Virus record (IMG/VR): IMGVR_UViG_3300025035_000003
Location: 37,226-101,225 of that record
Length of the DNA: 64,000 nucleotides
Strand: one strand, 5' to 3'
Source: a virus
Shown here: one piece after another, positions 18,113-27,576 of the stretch
Numbering within the stretch: position 1 is the first letter of the stretch
Layout of the letters: each line of letters starts with the position of its first letter
Notes under the pieces: generated by a model
What the model was told of the DNA's origin: nothing
Databases searched by the model: none
What the model saw: only the letters and a program-made list of their open reading frames with translations
Made by a program: the position numbers and the translations under genes

Positions 18113-18547
18113 TTATGGGTGTTTATGTATAGAGTTACTATTTACAGATATGAATTCAATATCATAATGCTCTTTTAGAGTGGTTATGAATGAGGATGCC
18201 ATGTATTTGTTTACCATTATATTATGTACAGGCTCTATTTTCTCTGACATATCACATACATCTTGAAACTCAAAATCAATACGTGCGTGTGCAACATGCT
18301 GAGTATAGTTGAAAAATACAGTCGGTAAGCATATATCTACCACAGATTTGTCTGTTTGGTGTATACGACAAATTAATGCCCAATAATGTACTTGGTACTC
18401 ATTAGTTTCAGTTAGTGGTCCTGATTTCTCTTTAATGATATCTAGTGTATGCTGTTGTAGTAGTAGAATACCTACATTTTGTAAATCCGTAGTAGATTCA
18501 ATTAAATGAGGAGTCTTAGCTGATGGTTGTAAATACTGTTGCGTCAT
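18113..18547 (-). CDS. Putative N-terminal half of JAB metalloprotease
   Basis: NEYQ (catalytic Glu-like) and terminal SIHKHP (HxH) immediately before stop. Confidence 0.55.
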   Translation of the reverse strand: MTQQYLQPSAKTPHLIESTTDLQNVGILLLQQHTLDIIKEKSGPLTETNEYQVHYWALICRIHQTDKSVVDICLPTVFFNYTQHVAHARIDFEFQDVCDMSEKIEPVHNIMVNKYMASSFITTLKEHYDIEFISVNSNSIHKHP

Positions 18548-18548
18548 G

Positions 18549-19619
18549 TTAACCCTCTTTAATTAGTTTAGCTAGTTTATATATCTCTATACTCTTTGCA
18601 ATACATGCAGACACATATGGTAATGCTCCTGCTTGAATAATGTTACGTATATGCGGTGATAGCGTATTAGAATGCACTAGTGTACGTAATCCGTTTGGTG
18701 TTGTGTTACTGAAGCTGGTGCCTGTGCATACTGATACATACTCTGAGACTATTTTCGATGCTTCCCTATTATAGTCAAATCCATTTAAATCAATCTCTGA
18801 ACGTATATTAGATGACATCATAGGTGTTAATGTCATGCCTGATGCTTGTTGTGTTTTGAATATTTTTTGTACTATAGAAGTACCGTAGTAAGGGGCAATA
18901 GTCCCATTAGTAAGCATTTGGTGTGTAACCAAGTTTACTTCACGGTGTGTATCTTCGTCTTTATGTTGCTTTATTTTATATGTGATTTTTACTGTGTGGG
19001 CAATGCTATTATATGACGTATCTTCTACTTGTCGTTTAGTATTAGAATACCTATTAATGTACATGGTTAACTGGTCTTGAAGGTTCTCGTTAATAAGTCC
19101 CAAATCGGCTGAAGTAGAGTTATAATACGCATCTAATAGTGGTTTATTTGCGTATGTGTATATTGCAACAGTCCATAACATGTTTGTTTTGTGGGTACAT
19201 AACTGCATAGCAACTAATGGGTGTAACGGGTTTACACGAGTTTCCTCGTCGTCACTAATTAGTAAAATCCCATACAAAGTACTACCAAGCGTATTGTATA
19301 ATTTATTTATTATGTTAATAGCGTCTATAAAAGATACTTTAGTATCAAGTGTTCGAATATTAGCTGTCACATCATTAAATAATGGTCCCCATTCATATAC
19401 AGGCACGGCACCATTAATTAACTCTCTATTCATGACTATTTTAGAACGTGTTACTATATTTTGGAATGATTTTCTGTTTGGTAGTACTCTAATAAGTGTA
19501 CTACCCTTTTTGAACTCATTTGTATCTTTTTCAAATGATACTGTTATATTATCTATGAATTTTTGTTCTTCATACGCTAAAATTGCAGAGAAGAATGAAT
19601 GTTTTGAAGTATTAAACAT
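18549..19619 (-). CDS. Hypothetical protein in E1-JAB operon (candidate prokaryotic E2-like; VCTG Cys)
   Basis: Position between ThiF/E1 and JAB; SNI...SVCTG motif. Confidence 0.4.
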   Translation of the reverse strand: MFNTSKHSFFSAILAYEEQKFIDNITVSFEKDTNEFKKGSTLIRVLPNRKSFQNIVTRSKIVMNRELINGAVPVYEWGPLFNDVTANIRTLDTKVSFIDAINIINKLYNTLGSTLYGILLISDDEETRVNPLHPLVAMQLCTHKTNMLWTVAIYTYANKPLLDAYYNSTSADLGLINENLQDQLTMYINRYSNTKRQVEDTSYNSIAHTVKITYKIKQHKDEDTHREVNLVTHQMLTNGTIAPYYGTSIVQKIFKTQQASGMTLTPMMSSNIRSEIDLNGFDYNREASKIVSEYVSVCTGTSFSNTTPNGLRTLVHSNTLSPHIRNIIQAGALPYVSACIAKSIEIYKLAKLIKEG

Positions 19620-19624
19620 AATGG

Positions 19625-20986
19625 TTACACCTCCTCTTGTGGTAGTAGCCCAGTATGCTCTAACTGAAAGCTATAATGTCTAGATGGTTTAAGTAGTGCT
19701 TTTCCGTTGAATGTGTATTCAAGTATAGTTTTATCCTGTTCTTTTAAATCTTGGTCAGATGCTAGTAATTCTATAAAGGAGATAGCCATTTTTAATTGGT
19801 TCATAAAAAATGTTGCTAACGAAATAACACCATATGATTCAACTTGTAGGGCTGTTACCTGCTTAGGATTAAGATCAATTCTGCATGACTGATTAGAATG
19901 CGTAGCACTAATAAAATTCCCATGCATTGAAAGTTTAGCACGTGTTGCTATATCTGGTGCTCCATACCTGATTGCGTGCGGATGCAGCTTACAAGGTTTG
20001 TAGTAGTAATTTTGTTTGAACACTACTGGTGCTAATCTATATATGCTTTCATTAATTAGGTTCAATTTAGGAATAGCTATACCTTTACAGTTCACAGAAT
20101 ATGTATTACTATTCTGACGAGGATCTAATGGAAATCTAAATAAATTAGATACTTCTACAGTATCTGCTTCATATACAGTGATTTTGTTAAATATTTGCGG
20201 AGCATTTAAAAGCTTAGATAGTTCTGATAGCCAAGTTATCGTATTCACAGTTGTGCCACCATACCCAATTAGTTCTAAACTAAGCTTCTTAGCGCGAATT
20301 ACTTTAAATATTTGACGAAGATTTTTTTCTGTGTATCCTAATATCGCAATAAGGTCACTTAGCGGAATTTGCTTAACCCCAAGTAATGATGCAAACCATG
20401 GAGATATGGCTACCGCTGTTTTAGGGACTTTATATATTTCTGGTATAACCAACGGAGACATATATGTTTGATACATAAGCTTTGGAATAAAGCTATCTAG
20501 GACGACGTTAAGTAATCCGTCTCTAGGTGGGTCAAAGAATGCATAGCGTAAACGAAGTTGATCACGGAGTACATTGCTGTTAATATTTACAGTATGTGAC
20601 ATTGTGCCCGACCAGTATGACCGTTCGGGGCGCATATCTGGTAAAGAGGCTAATTCCAATGAGCTAGATAGCACACTCTCATCAAGTTTTAATAAATACA
20701 CATAGTCAGTGTGTAATGCGTTAGCATCTAGCTCTACTGTAAACTCTCTTGTAAGGTGTGCTTCAGGCACCCCATCGTTATCTTCTACATCTAACGATTT
20801 GAATCGGTATAATTGTATATTTGGTACATATGACGCTAACTCTTCGGGGAGTGCTACTCGTTCGTGTGACGTTGTATAGTCTTCTGCACAATACATGTTA
20901 CTCTGTAGGTCTTTTTTACTAGTATACCTTACTATTCGCATATCCGTAAACATGCTAATGACTAACGTCCATAATGGTGGTGTCAT
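19625..20986 (-). CDS. ThiF/E1-like adenylation protein
   Basis: LIGYGGT nucleotide-binding loop, VYEADTVEVSNLFR (DxVExSNLxR), PKL, GAPD..TR. Confidence 0.7.
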   Translation of the reverse strand: MTPPLWTLVISMFTDMRIVRYTSKKDLQSNMYCAEDYTTSHERVALPEELASYVPNIQLYRFKSLDVEDNDGVPEAHLTREFTVELDANALHTDYVYLLKLDESVLSSSLELASLPDMRPERSYWSGTMSHTVNINSNVLRDQLRLRYAFFDPPRDGLLNVVLDSFIPKLMYQTYMSPLVIPEIYKVPKTAVAISPWFASLLGVKQIPLSDLIAILGYTEKNLRQIFKVIRAKKLSLELIGYGGTTVNTITWLSELSKLLNAPQIFNKITVYEADTVEVSNLFRFPLDPRQNSNTYSVNCKGIAIPKLNLINESIYRLAPVVFKQNYYYKPCKLHPHAIRYGAPDIATRAKLSMHGNFISATHSNQSCRIDLNPKQVTALQVESYGVISLATFFMNQLKMAISFIELLASDQDLKEQDKTILEYTFNGKALLKPSRHYSFQLEHTGLLPQEEV

Positions 20987-21009
20987 TTATATTCCTTTTA
21001 ATCAAATGT

Positions 21010-21033
21010 ATACACTGCTATTACGCAGTGTAT
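21010..21033 (-). terminator. Hairpin/attenuator between peptide gene and E1 gene
   Basis: ATACACTGC..GCAGTGTAT stem. Confidence 0.45.
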
Positions 21034-21043
21034 TTATAGCGGG

Positions 21044-21193
21044 TTAATATCCAGATCCTGCTTTTGCTGTAAGGTTCTCACCTGAGTTCTGTGTGACATT
21101 TACGTTAAGAGATGCATCTTCTCCCGCTAATGCTTGACGCACTAATTCGTCGACTGATACCGTCGTATCTGGTGTAGTAGTATCTTCAGTCAT
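21044..21193 (-). CDS. 49-aa peptide ending AKAGSGY; candidate ubiquitin-like tag or precursor (not in ORF track)
   Basis: MTEDTTTPDTTVSVDELVRQALAGEDASLNVNVTQNSGENLTAKAGSGY; GAGGA RBS, TAATG coupling; directly upstream of E1. Confidence 0.6.
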   Translation of the reverse strand: MTEDTTTPDTTVSVDELVRQALAGEDASLNVNVTQNSGENLTAKAGSGY

Positions 21194-21480
21194 TATATTT
21201 CCTCTAAAGTTTCTACTGGAGCAGTGGGTTTAGCTGGCTTCAGCTCAACTGGTAGTGCAGCAGATAGCTCACCCTCGTATATGTATAACTTAACTGTTTT
21301 ACCTTGTGGTGCAAGTTGTTTAGCCACTTTCTCTGCTTCTGCATACGTAACTACTTCAGTAGATACGCGACCATCAATTGAAAGAATACGATCTTTAGTG
21401 TCTGTTGGTGCGGTTTGAGATGATAATACCTTAGCTAGTGCTGCTAAAAGTTCCATTGGTGTTATTTGTTTGGTAGGCAT
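21193..21480 (-). CDS. Hypothetical protein
   Basis: AAGGAG RBS. Confidence 0.7.
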   Translation of the reverse strand: MPTKQITPMELLAALAKVLSSQTAPTDTKDRILSIDGRVSTEVVTYAEAEKVAKQLAPQGKTVKLYIYEGELSAALPVELKPAKPTAPVETLEEI

Positions 21481-21537
21481 GACTACTCCTTGATTATTGG
21501 GTTTACGTATCTAGTACTACCAAATTGTGTATGTGAT

Positions 21538-21626
21538 TGGTGGGTATAGTAGGATTCGAACCTACGGCAGGATTCTCCTGCGTATGTTTAGCAAACATAT
21601 GACCTAAACCACTCGCCCATATACCC
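21538..21626 (-). tRNA. tRNA-Ser (GCT)
   Basis: Cloverleaf with long variable arm GCAGG-AGAAT-CCTGC, loop TTGCTAA, CCA end. Confidence 0.85.
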
Positions 21627-21793
21627 ATTACTTCCAGCTATCTTGCTGGGCTAGATTCCTAGTCGATACGCTCGACTATCTAGATCTATCTGTTTCAAGC
21701 ATTAAGTTTGACTTTATCGCTTACAGGTTTCCATTAAGTTCACGCACTTAGGAGAATACGAATACAATGAGAGGTATTATCTATGAAGTTGAT

Positions 21794-21922
21794 AAGACTT
21801 CTAATAGCCTACATACAAACTTTTTGTAGCACCAGTTTTATCTTTAAGATACTTAGAAGCTTTAAGATTGGTTGTACTGCTCTGTTTGCAACTGCTTCAC
21901 TATGTATGCTGTTAGAAATCTT
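21794..21922 (-). ncRNA. Putative structured RNA with 22-bp closing stem (retron-cassette-like ends)
   Basis: 21794-21815 / 21901-21922 inverted repeat with 3 mismatches; G immediately inside both arms. Confidence 0.45.
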
Positions 21923-21939
21923 ACTAAGCGTATTGCTAG

Positions 21940-22031
21940 TGGTGTAGGAGGATACGTATCGAACGTATCTTCAAGGATGGCACTTCATAAGTTACCATTC
22001 AGATAATGTTACCAGTTTACCCGTCCCCCAT
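21940..22031 (-). ncRNA. Atypical tRNA-like element
   Basis: T arm ATACG-TTCGATA-CGTAT, 3' ACCA, D-like arm, over-long anticodon-position stem. Confidence 0.35.
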
Positions 22032-22778
22032 TGGGATCTCCCACGTAATATTTTATTGCTGAGCTTATTGTGATAGCTATGTCGCCATAGCTAAAGAATT
22101 CATGGTATTGGATTACTTGTCCCACTCAGTGTGAGTAATTTATTTTATAGGATTCGTTCACGGTGTACATAGCACTCAACAACTCTGAGTCTCATATAAC
22201 TATGATTAGCCCAAAGCAGTAGGTGTTAAATATTACAAGATTGTAAAGTTCGTACAGCATCTTCTTTTGCAATTAAAAGTTCGTTATACCTTTTATTCAA
22301 CTCATCGTATACTTCGTAAGTTTCTAAATCCTGTGCATATTTAGATATAAAATACTCCATGTATTCAGCAATAGGTGTGCATGCACTCCTAGTAACATAA
22401 TTATCAGTGAAATGACATATTACGTACCCATGTGTTGATACGCCTACTGCCCCTGAAAAAGATCCGTGTGTAAGAGCTGTTGGGAGTTCTGGCTTCTCTA
22501 CATTTTGTAGTGCAGTAGTTGCATTTCGTAATACAATTAATTTATCCTGGTTACGTTCAATAAACTTAGATAATAACTTATTAGTGTAATCAATTTCACT
22601 ATCTTTTGGATTCTTAGTTCCAAATTGTATTCCGGATAATGTAAATACTGGTTTATTACATTATCTACTACCTCTAAACATTTATGCGTGTTTATAGTAA
22701 CATGCATATTTGGTAAAACGGCTTTGTCTAATGTTGGTTGACATATTTGTCTTAATTTTAAGGGTATTTGTGTATCCT

Positions 22779-23873
22779 TTAATTGTGTTGATTATATGAT
22801 TTAAGTGAATCTCTATAGTATTTTGATACTATTTTAGATACTGCGCCACTAATCTCTTTGATAGTTAGATTAGTTTCTTGTAATACAGGAAGTTCTTCTT
22901 TAACTATATCCGCTATTACCCACTTAATCACTTCACCTGTTTGCTTAAGCTCAGTTGCGTTGAGTTCAGTAATTGCTTGAGTAATTCTCCATACAGGTGT
23001 GACTTTATCTGCTATGGTTTGTATATGTAAAGATTGCTCATCAGATTTAGGCGGTCGAGGTTTTTTAAGTTTACCGCCATGTTTCTCGCCTTTGGCTTTA
23101 AGACGATACATATGTCCGTCATGAAAGCCGATAAGATAAACACCTTCACCTACATTTTCTGGTTTATTGAAATGAGCTGCAATAGGTGAATTAGCTTCTA
23201 CTGATTCTGCGAGTTGTTTAAGTGCTGTGGTGCATTCAATTGGTTTGCTAAAGTCAAGTGTGATTGAATATTCCGCAAATTGCCTCATATGATATATATT
23301 GGAGGTGTTTAGTTGAGGGTTAATAGCTGTTTGCAGATAAACTATTTCGTCAGTAGTGTTGTCTACAACTCTAAAGTAGTCAAATAGGTATGTACCTTTA
23401 GGTGTCCCCGAACAAGCTGCATTACCCTTCTGAATATTATCTCCAGCCCATTCACAGTCCAGTATAATAGTATGTGTTTGTAGGTCTATATTATACGTAT
23501 CTATCAGATTAGAAAGTATTTCTAGCCATTCTGGTTTAGTTGACTCAATAAATGCCGCCATTCCGTTTTGGTCGTCAAGTAGTGTACGGATGTGATTACG
23601 TCCTTGTACCCATAATTCACCTTGTGAGTAGCATATTGCCATATTCTCACCATGAAGCTTCTCTGAACCGGTGAAGTGAATAATCGGCATAATTGGCTGG
23701 TATGATTGAAGTAATTCAATTTGCTCTGGTGTAGGTGGTACGCCTATAGATGGATCAAAGTTAGCGTATGCTAATCTGCCAGAATTATCTGTATTACGAC
23801 TGACTTCCTTATATAAATTATGGAAAACAGGTGTAGCTGGATATGCTATATGGCGTCTGATTGATTGTTGCAT
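22779..23873 (-). CDS. ATP-dependent RNA ligase (Rnl2 family)
   Basis: Motif I EKLHGEN, III CEWAG, IIIa FD, IV EGVY, V KAKGEKH; likely start MQQSIRR after AGGAG. Confidence 0.8.
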   Translation of the reverse strand: MQQSIRRHIAYPATPVFHNLYKEVSRNTDNSGRLAYANFDPSIGVPPTPEQIELLQSYQPIMPIIHFTGSEKLHGENMAICYSQGELWVQGRNHIRTLLDDQNGMAAFIESTKPEWLEILSNLIDTYNIDLQTHTIILDCEWAGDNIQKGNAACSGTPKGTYLFDYFRVVDNTTDEIVYLQTAINPQLNTSNIYHMRQFAEYSITLDFSKPIECTTALKQLAESVEANSPIAAHFNKPENVGEGVYLIGFHDGHMYRLKAKGEKHGGKLKKPRPPKSDEQSLHIQTIADKVTPVWRITQAITELNATELKQTGEVIKWVIADIVKEELPVLQETNLTIKEISGAVSKIVSKYYRDSLKSYNQHN

Positions 23874-24386
23874 GTTAAATACTCCTGAATTTGTACTAGT
23901 ATTGTCGTAGGTATTAGTACAGTTAAAAGCTGTACAGCATGTGTTGTAAAGTCTAGCCCTACACACGCTAATGAAACCCCTAAGTAAGCAGGAACCATTG
24001 ACGTAATTACTAGTCTTTTCATGGTAGGCTACTTAAGTAAGTGAGACAAAGCTTTCTGAATTAGTGTTGAGCCTGTTTCTTGTAATGGAGTTGGTGTGTG
24101 TGTGAATACTGATAGTAATGTATTTTTCATTGTGCTTTCCTTTTAAATTGTGTGTTGTGCAGGATAAGCGTAGTCCTGCTACCGAATATGCTTTAACGCT
24201 CAAACATGCTAGGTTACGAAACGAAGTATCTGTAGCTACTCATACTATTACTGGAGCTTATCCCAGATTCTACTTCTTAATTTTTTTTTTAACGTCATGA
24301 GTTGAGTGGGTTGGGAGTTGTTATAGTACTACAGTCGTAATAAGCACTGTTTGTGCCTGTGTAGTTAATAAAAGTATCTGTAATGG

Positions 24387-24728
24387 CTAGTCTAGCAAGT
24401 GCTTTATAACTAATGTTATTGAATTACCTGGTTTAAGGACTAAGTGGATACTTCCTTTAGTTCTAAAGTCGGATGGTGCGTTATTCTTAATTGATATAAC
24501 ATGGTCTCCTGGCTTAGCTGTTGAGCCTAGTGAAGTCTTGACTATTTTGTAGTTTACTGCAGCTATGAAATTTTTAGTACCATTGTCATCTGTAATACTA
24601 GCAGTAAGCGAATGCTCATTTACTGTATTTACCAGATATAACTTACCTCTCGTTTTAAATATACTACTGCAATTCTTGTATTCAACTACATCTCCTATAA
24701 TAGGGGGTCGATTTTCGTAAATATACGT
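24387..24728 (-). pseudogene. 113-codon ORF with ACG in place of the start codon
   Basis: AAGGA-AACAT-ACG-TAT-ATT-TAC.. open to TAG at 24387. Confidence 0.4.
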
Positions 24729-24736
24729 ATGTTTCC

Positions 24737-25675
24737 TTATTGTGTTAACTTCTTAACTGAGGCTAATGTATTTGATATTAGAGAAGAACTTGCCATAGAG
24801 TCATAGAACTCGTGGTCTGCTCTAATTTTATTGTGAAGTGCGGCTGTCTTCGTAGTAATGTCAGTTGCAAACTTATCAGCACGTGTCTTCAATGAGACAA
24901 GAACATCTCGTGTAGTAGTATCGTTGATTTGGATATCTAGTAAATCTGTGATAGCTGAATGTGCTTTAGCATCATTGATATCTCCGATTTCCTTAACAAG
25001 TTTAGACAATGTCTGAAACATGCTTTGGTAATCCCCTACTTGCTGTAATAAGCCTGAGAGGGCTAACTCATCATTCAGTTCTGATTTGAATGTCGGTAGA
25101 TACGCTCCAAGCTGCTGAATGGTTTGCTTTGCAGCAAATATGGAAGCTTCTACCTTCATTAGTCTTGACTTGTACTTAGTTAAATAAGTTCCTGCTTGAG
25201 TATGTGTAGAAAGGAGGCTTAGTGGGACTTCATTTGCGTCTTTGTATAGTTCTATTTTAGAAACTATATCTTCTTCTAGAGCTTGTAATTGTGTTATCTG
25301 CAGTTCAAGTACTTGCTTACCTTCTTGAAGTGCTGTACCTACTTCTACGAGTTTGTTGTACTTGACTTCTGTAGTAGTGAATAAGCGATCGAGTGTCGAG
25401 TATACAGATTGCATGCTAATAACAGAGTGCTCAGCTTTCTTTATCATGCTTCCTAGAAAACTAAAGTTTTTGGCTTTGTCTATTATAGAAGTGGCTGTAG
25501 ATTTAACAGATACTTCCTCTAGCTGTTCTTGTAGGCGTAGAAAGCTTTCAGTAACTTCCTTTATTTCTAAGAGTTTAATATTCTCGTTAATAGTTTTGTT
25601 AGTGGTGTTAATGCGTGAAGTTATATTAGCTAACTCTTCCCCATAGGATATAGTGTGTGTTTTTAGTTCTGGCAT
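24737..25675 (-). CDS. Coiled-coil protein, TelA/toxic-anion-resistance-like
   Basis: Helical heptad pattern, about 310 aa, paired with an upstream membrane protein. Confidence 0.4.
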   Translation of the reverse strand: MPELKTHTISYGEELANITSRINTTNKTINENIKLLEIKEVTESFLRLQEQLEEVSVKSTATSIIDKAKNFSFLGSMIKKAEHSVISMQSVYSTLDRLFTTTEVKYNKLVEVGTALQEGKQVLELQITQLQALEEDIVSKIELYKDANEVPLSLLSTHTQAGTYLTKYKSRLMKVEASIFAAKQTIQQLGAYLPTFKSELNDELALSGLLQQVGDYQSMFQTLSKLVKEIGDINDAKAHSAITDLLDIQINDTTTRDVLVSLKTRADKFATDITTKTAALHNKIRADHEFYDSMASSSLISNTLASVKKLTQ

Positions 25676-25678
25676 AGG

Positions 25679-26233
25679 TTAGTCCTGTGAGATATTGGTT
25701 ACTTTGTGTATAAAAGCTTGTCTATTCTTGTAGATAATTCTACGGAATTTAGAATTGATCATTAGCTCTATAATGATTAATGGTTTATGCCACCATTGCA
25801 CACTAGTTGTGGCTATACCCCCAAAAGCTAAAGCGTTTAATAACGCAAATGTTAACCATGTGGGTAGTAAGTACAAGGAGCATATTGCTATACCTGCCCA
25901 TAGTGCAACGCTAGCCCATGGAGTGTCTATGAGAGAAAGCACAGCTATAGAAGTAATAAGCAAACTCCCTAGTATACTTGGCCTATGTATAGCATCAAGG
26001 CGTGCTAGATCGTCTAATAGCAGGTCTCCTTCAGTTGTACGGCTAGCAGTGTATCTTGTATAATGTATTTCCTTCTCATATTGATAGTAGTACCCAGAAG
26101 TTCTATCAATATCCGACATGTCGTTAAACTTAAGGTACTTTAATAACTTCCTGCCTAAGCCTTTACTAACTTTTATGTATCCCACAAAATACATTGTGAG
26201 TAAGTACTGACGTATTTGCGTGTTAGTTAACAT
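25679..26233 (-). CDS. Membrane protein
   Basis: Several hydrophobic segments. Confidence 0.65.
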   Translation of the reverse strand: MLTNTQIRQYLLTMYFVGYIKVSKGLGRKLLKYLKFNDMSDIDRTSGYYYQYEKEIHYTRYTASRTTEGDLLLDDLARLDAIHRPSILGSLLITSIAVLSLIDTPWASVALWAGIAICSLYLLPTWLTFALLNALAFGGIATTSVQWWHKPLIIIELMINSKFRRIIYKNRQAFIHKVTNISQD

Positions 26234-26984
26234 GTGTGGTTCTGTTTATATGACTTATTTTAGCATAAAGGGTAGGCTGGTGAACTCTAAGTAACTCTAG
26301 CATAGCTACAGCTGTTTCACGGATTTCTGCTTGAGCATGGCTATCAAGTCGAAGACGCAGAAAATTGGCTAATCCTTCAACTTCAAACATACAATAAAAT
26401 TCAGTGTACGTTGTTTGAGGTAGAAAGCGTGACGCTATTTGAGTTTCCATACCTGCATCTATGCAGCTTTGGTATTCATTTAAAGCGTGTGCAGAATCAT
26501 ATACGAATCCTACAGGAGACCAAAATTCAAATGGGATCTTAGCTCCTTTAGTGTATCTGCGAGACATCTCTAGGTAGGATGCTGAACGATGACGCATGAA
26601 CTGTGAACGAACAAACATAGGTACTTTGATACGAAAACAAGCTATATTTTGGCTATGCGTACTTGCCACCTCATATGGATATTGGTAATTATCCGCGTGC
26701 ATGAAATTTCGCATATCATACCCTAATGGGCTGAAATAGTCATTACCAATTCTAATAAATTCCCAGAGCGATTCATGTCTAATAGATTGCATACGCTTAT
26801 ATAAGGCTTCAGGCTGTTTAGCTTCCTCGTTACCATACGCTAAACTTGCAAGTGTGGTTACCGTCCAAATGCGTTGTTCCTCTGACTCATTAGCATGGGA
26901 TGCGTCATATAATGAGACTGCTCCGATGTTGTCTGAATATAGCTGTATAGTAGCTACTTTCTTGAATTTGTTTTCTTCTGTCAT
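26223..26984 (-). CDS. thyX: FAD-dependent thymidylate synthase
   Basis: HESLWE, RSQFMRHRSASYLEMSRRY (RHR-x7-S-x-RY), LRLDSHAQAEIR. Confidence 0.92.
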   Translation of the reverse strand: MTEENKFKKVATIQLYSDNIGAVSLYDASHANESEEQRIWTVTTLASLAYGNEEAKQPEALYKRMQSIRHESLWEFIRIGNDYFSPLGYDMRNFMHADNYQYPYEVASTHSQNIACFRIKVPMFVRSQFMRHRSASYLEMSRRYTKGAKIPFEFWSPVGFVYDSAHALNEYQSCIDAGMETQIASRFLPQTTYTEFYCMFEVEGLANFLRLRLDSHAQAEIRETAVAMLELLRVHQPTLYAKISHINRTTHVN

Positions 26985-27250
26985 TTATTTCTCCTCTAAG
27001 TAATCATATGGTAACGTACCAATATAAATGGTGTACATGTCTCAAAATATCCTCAGTGAAGTACAAACTTCATCGCTATTACCATTTAGAGCATAGCAGT
27101 TAGTCTCGTATTTTACATGTGGATTTGCATTAATAGTTCTAATGAGTTTACCAAGAATAGGTACTACTGATTTATTAAGTATGTGGTATATTCTAATAGC
27201 ATAGTTTTACTTTGATGTTATAAATTACACATTTTCATGGTAAGTCCGAA

Positions 27251-27502
27251 CTAATGATTGCAACCACATGATGTAATTGCTCCAGCAAGTACTTTCTGAA
27301 TTTGCTCTGTAAATTGGCTATAGCATTGAGGACATATAAAACATGCTGTATACTTGTCATCCTCAGAGTGTACCTGTCCCCACCATTTAATATTATTAGG
27401 GAGATCCTCTCCTAATTTATACGATGTTGAAGAAAATTTGTTGACTCTCATGGGTTTTATATCTCGTATACCAGATATGGTAATAGGTTGTAAAGTTCTC
27501 AT
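27251..27502 (-). CDS. Small Cys-rich protein (HNH/AP2-associated-like fragment)
   Basis: CPQC..SCGC. Confidence 0.45.
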   Translation of the reverse strand: MRTLQPITISGIRDIKPMRVNKFSSTSYKLGEDLPNNIKWWGQVHSEDDKYTACFICPQCYSQFTEQIQKVLAGAITSCGCNH

Positions 27503-27576
27503 GCTTTATAATGTGCGCGAATTTTTGGTAATGAGTTTAGAGATTTGATAGATTGACGTATGTTCATAATGGACTC

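Noticed and set aside
17757-18113. T4 gene 60-style translational bypass
   Set aside because: The gap is about 350 nt, contains a full ORF, and the downstream half has its own RBS.
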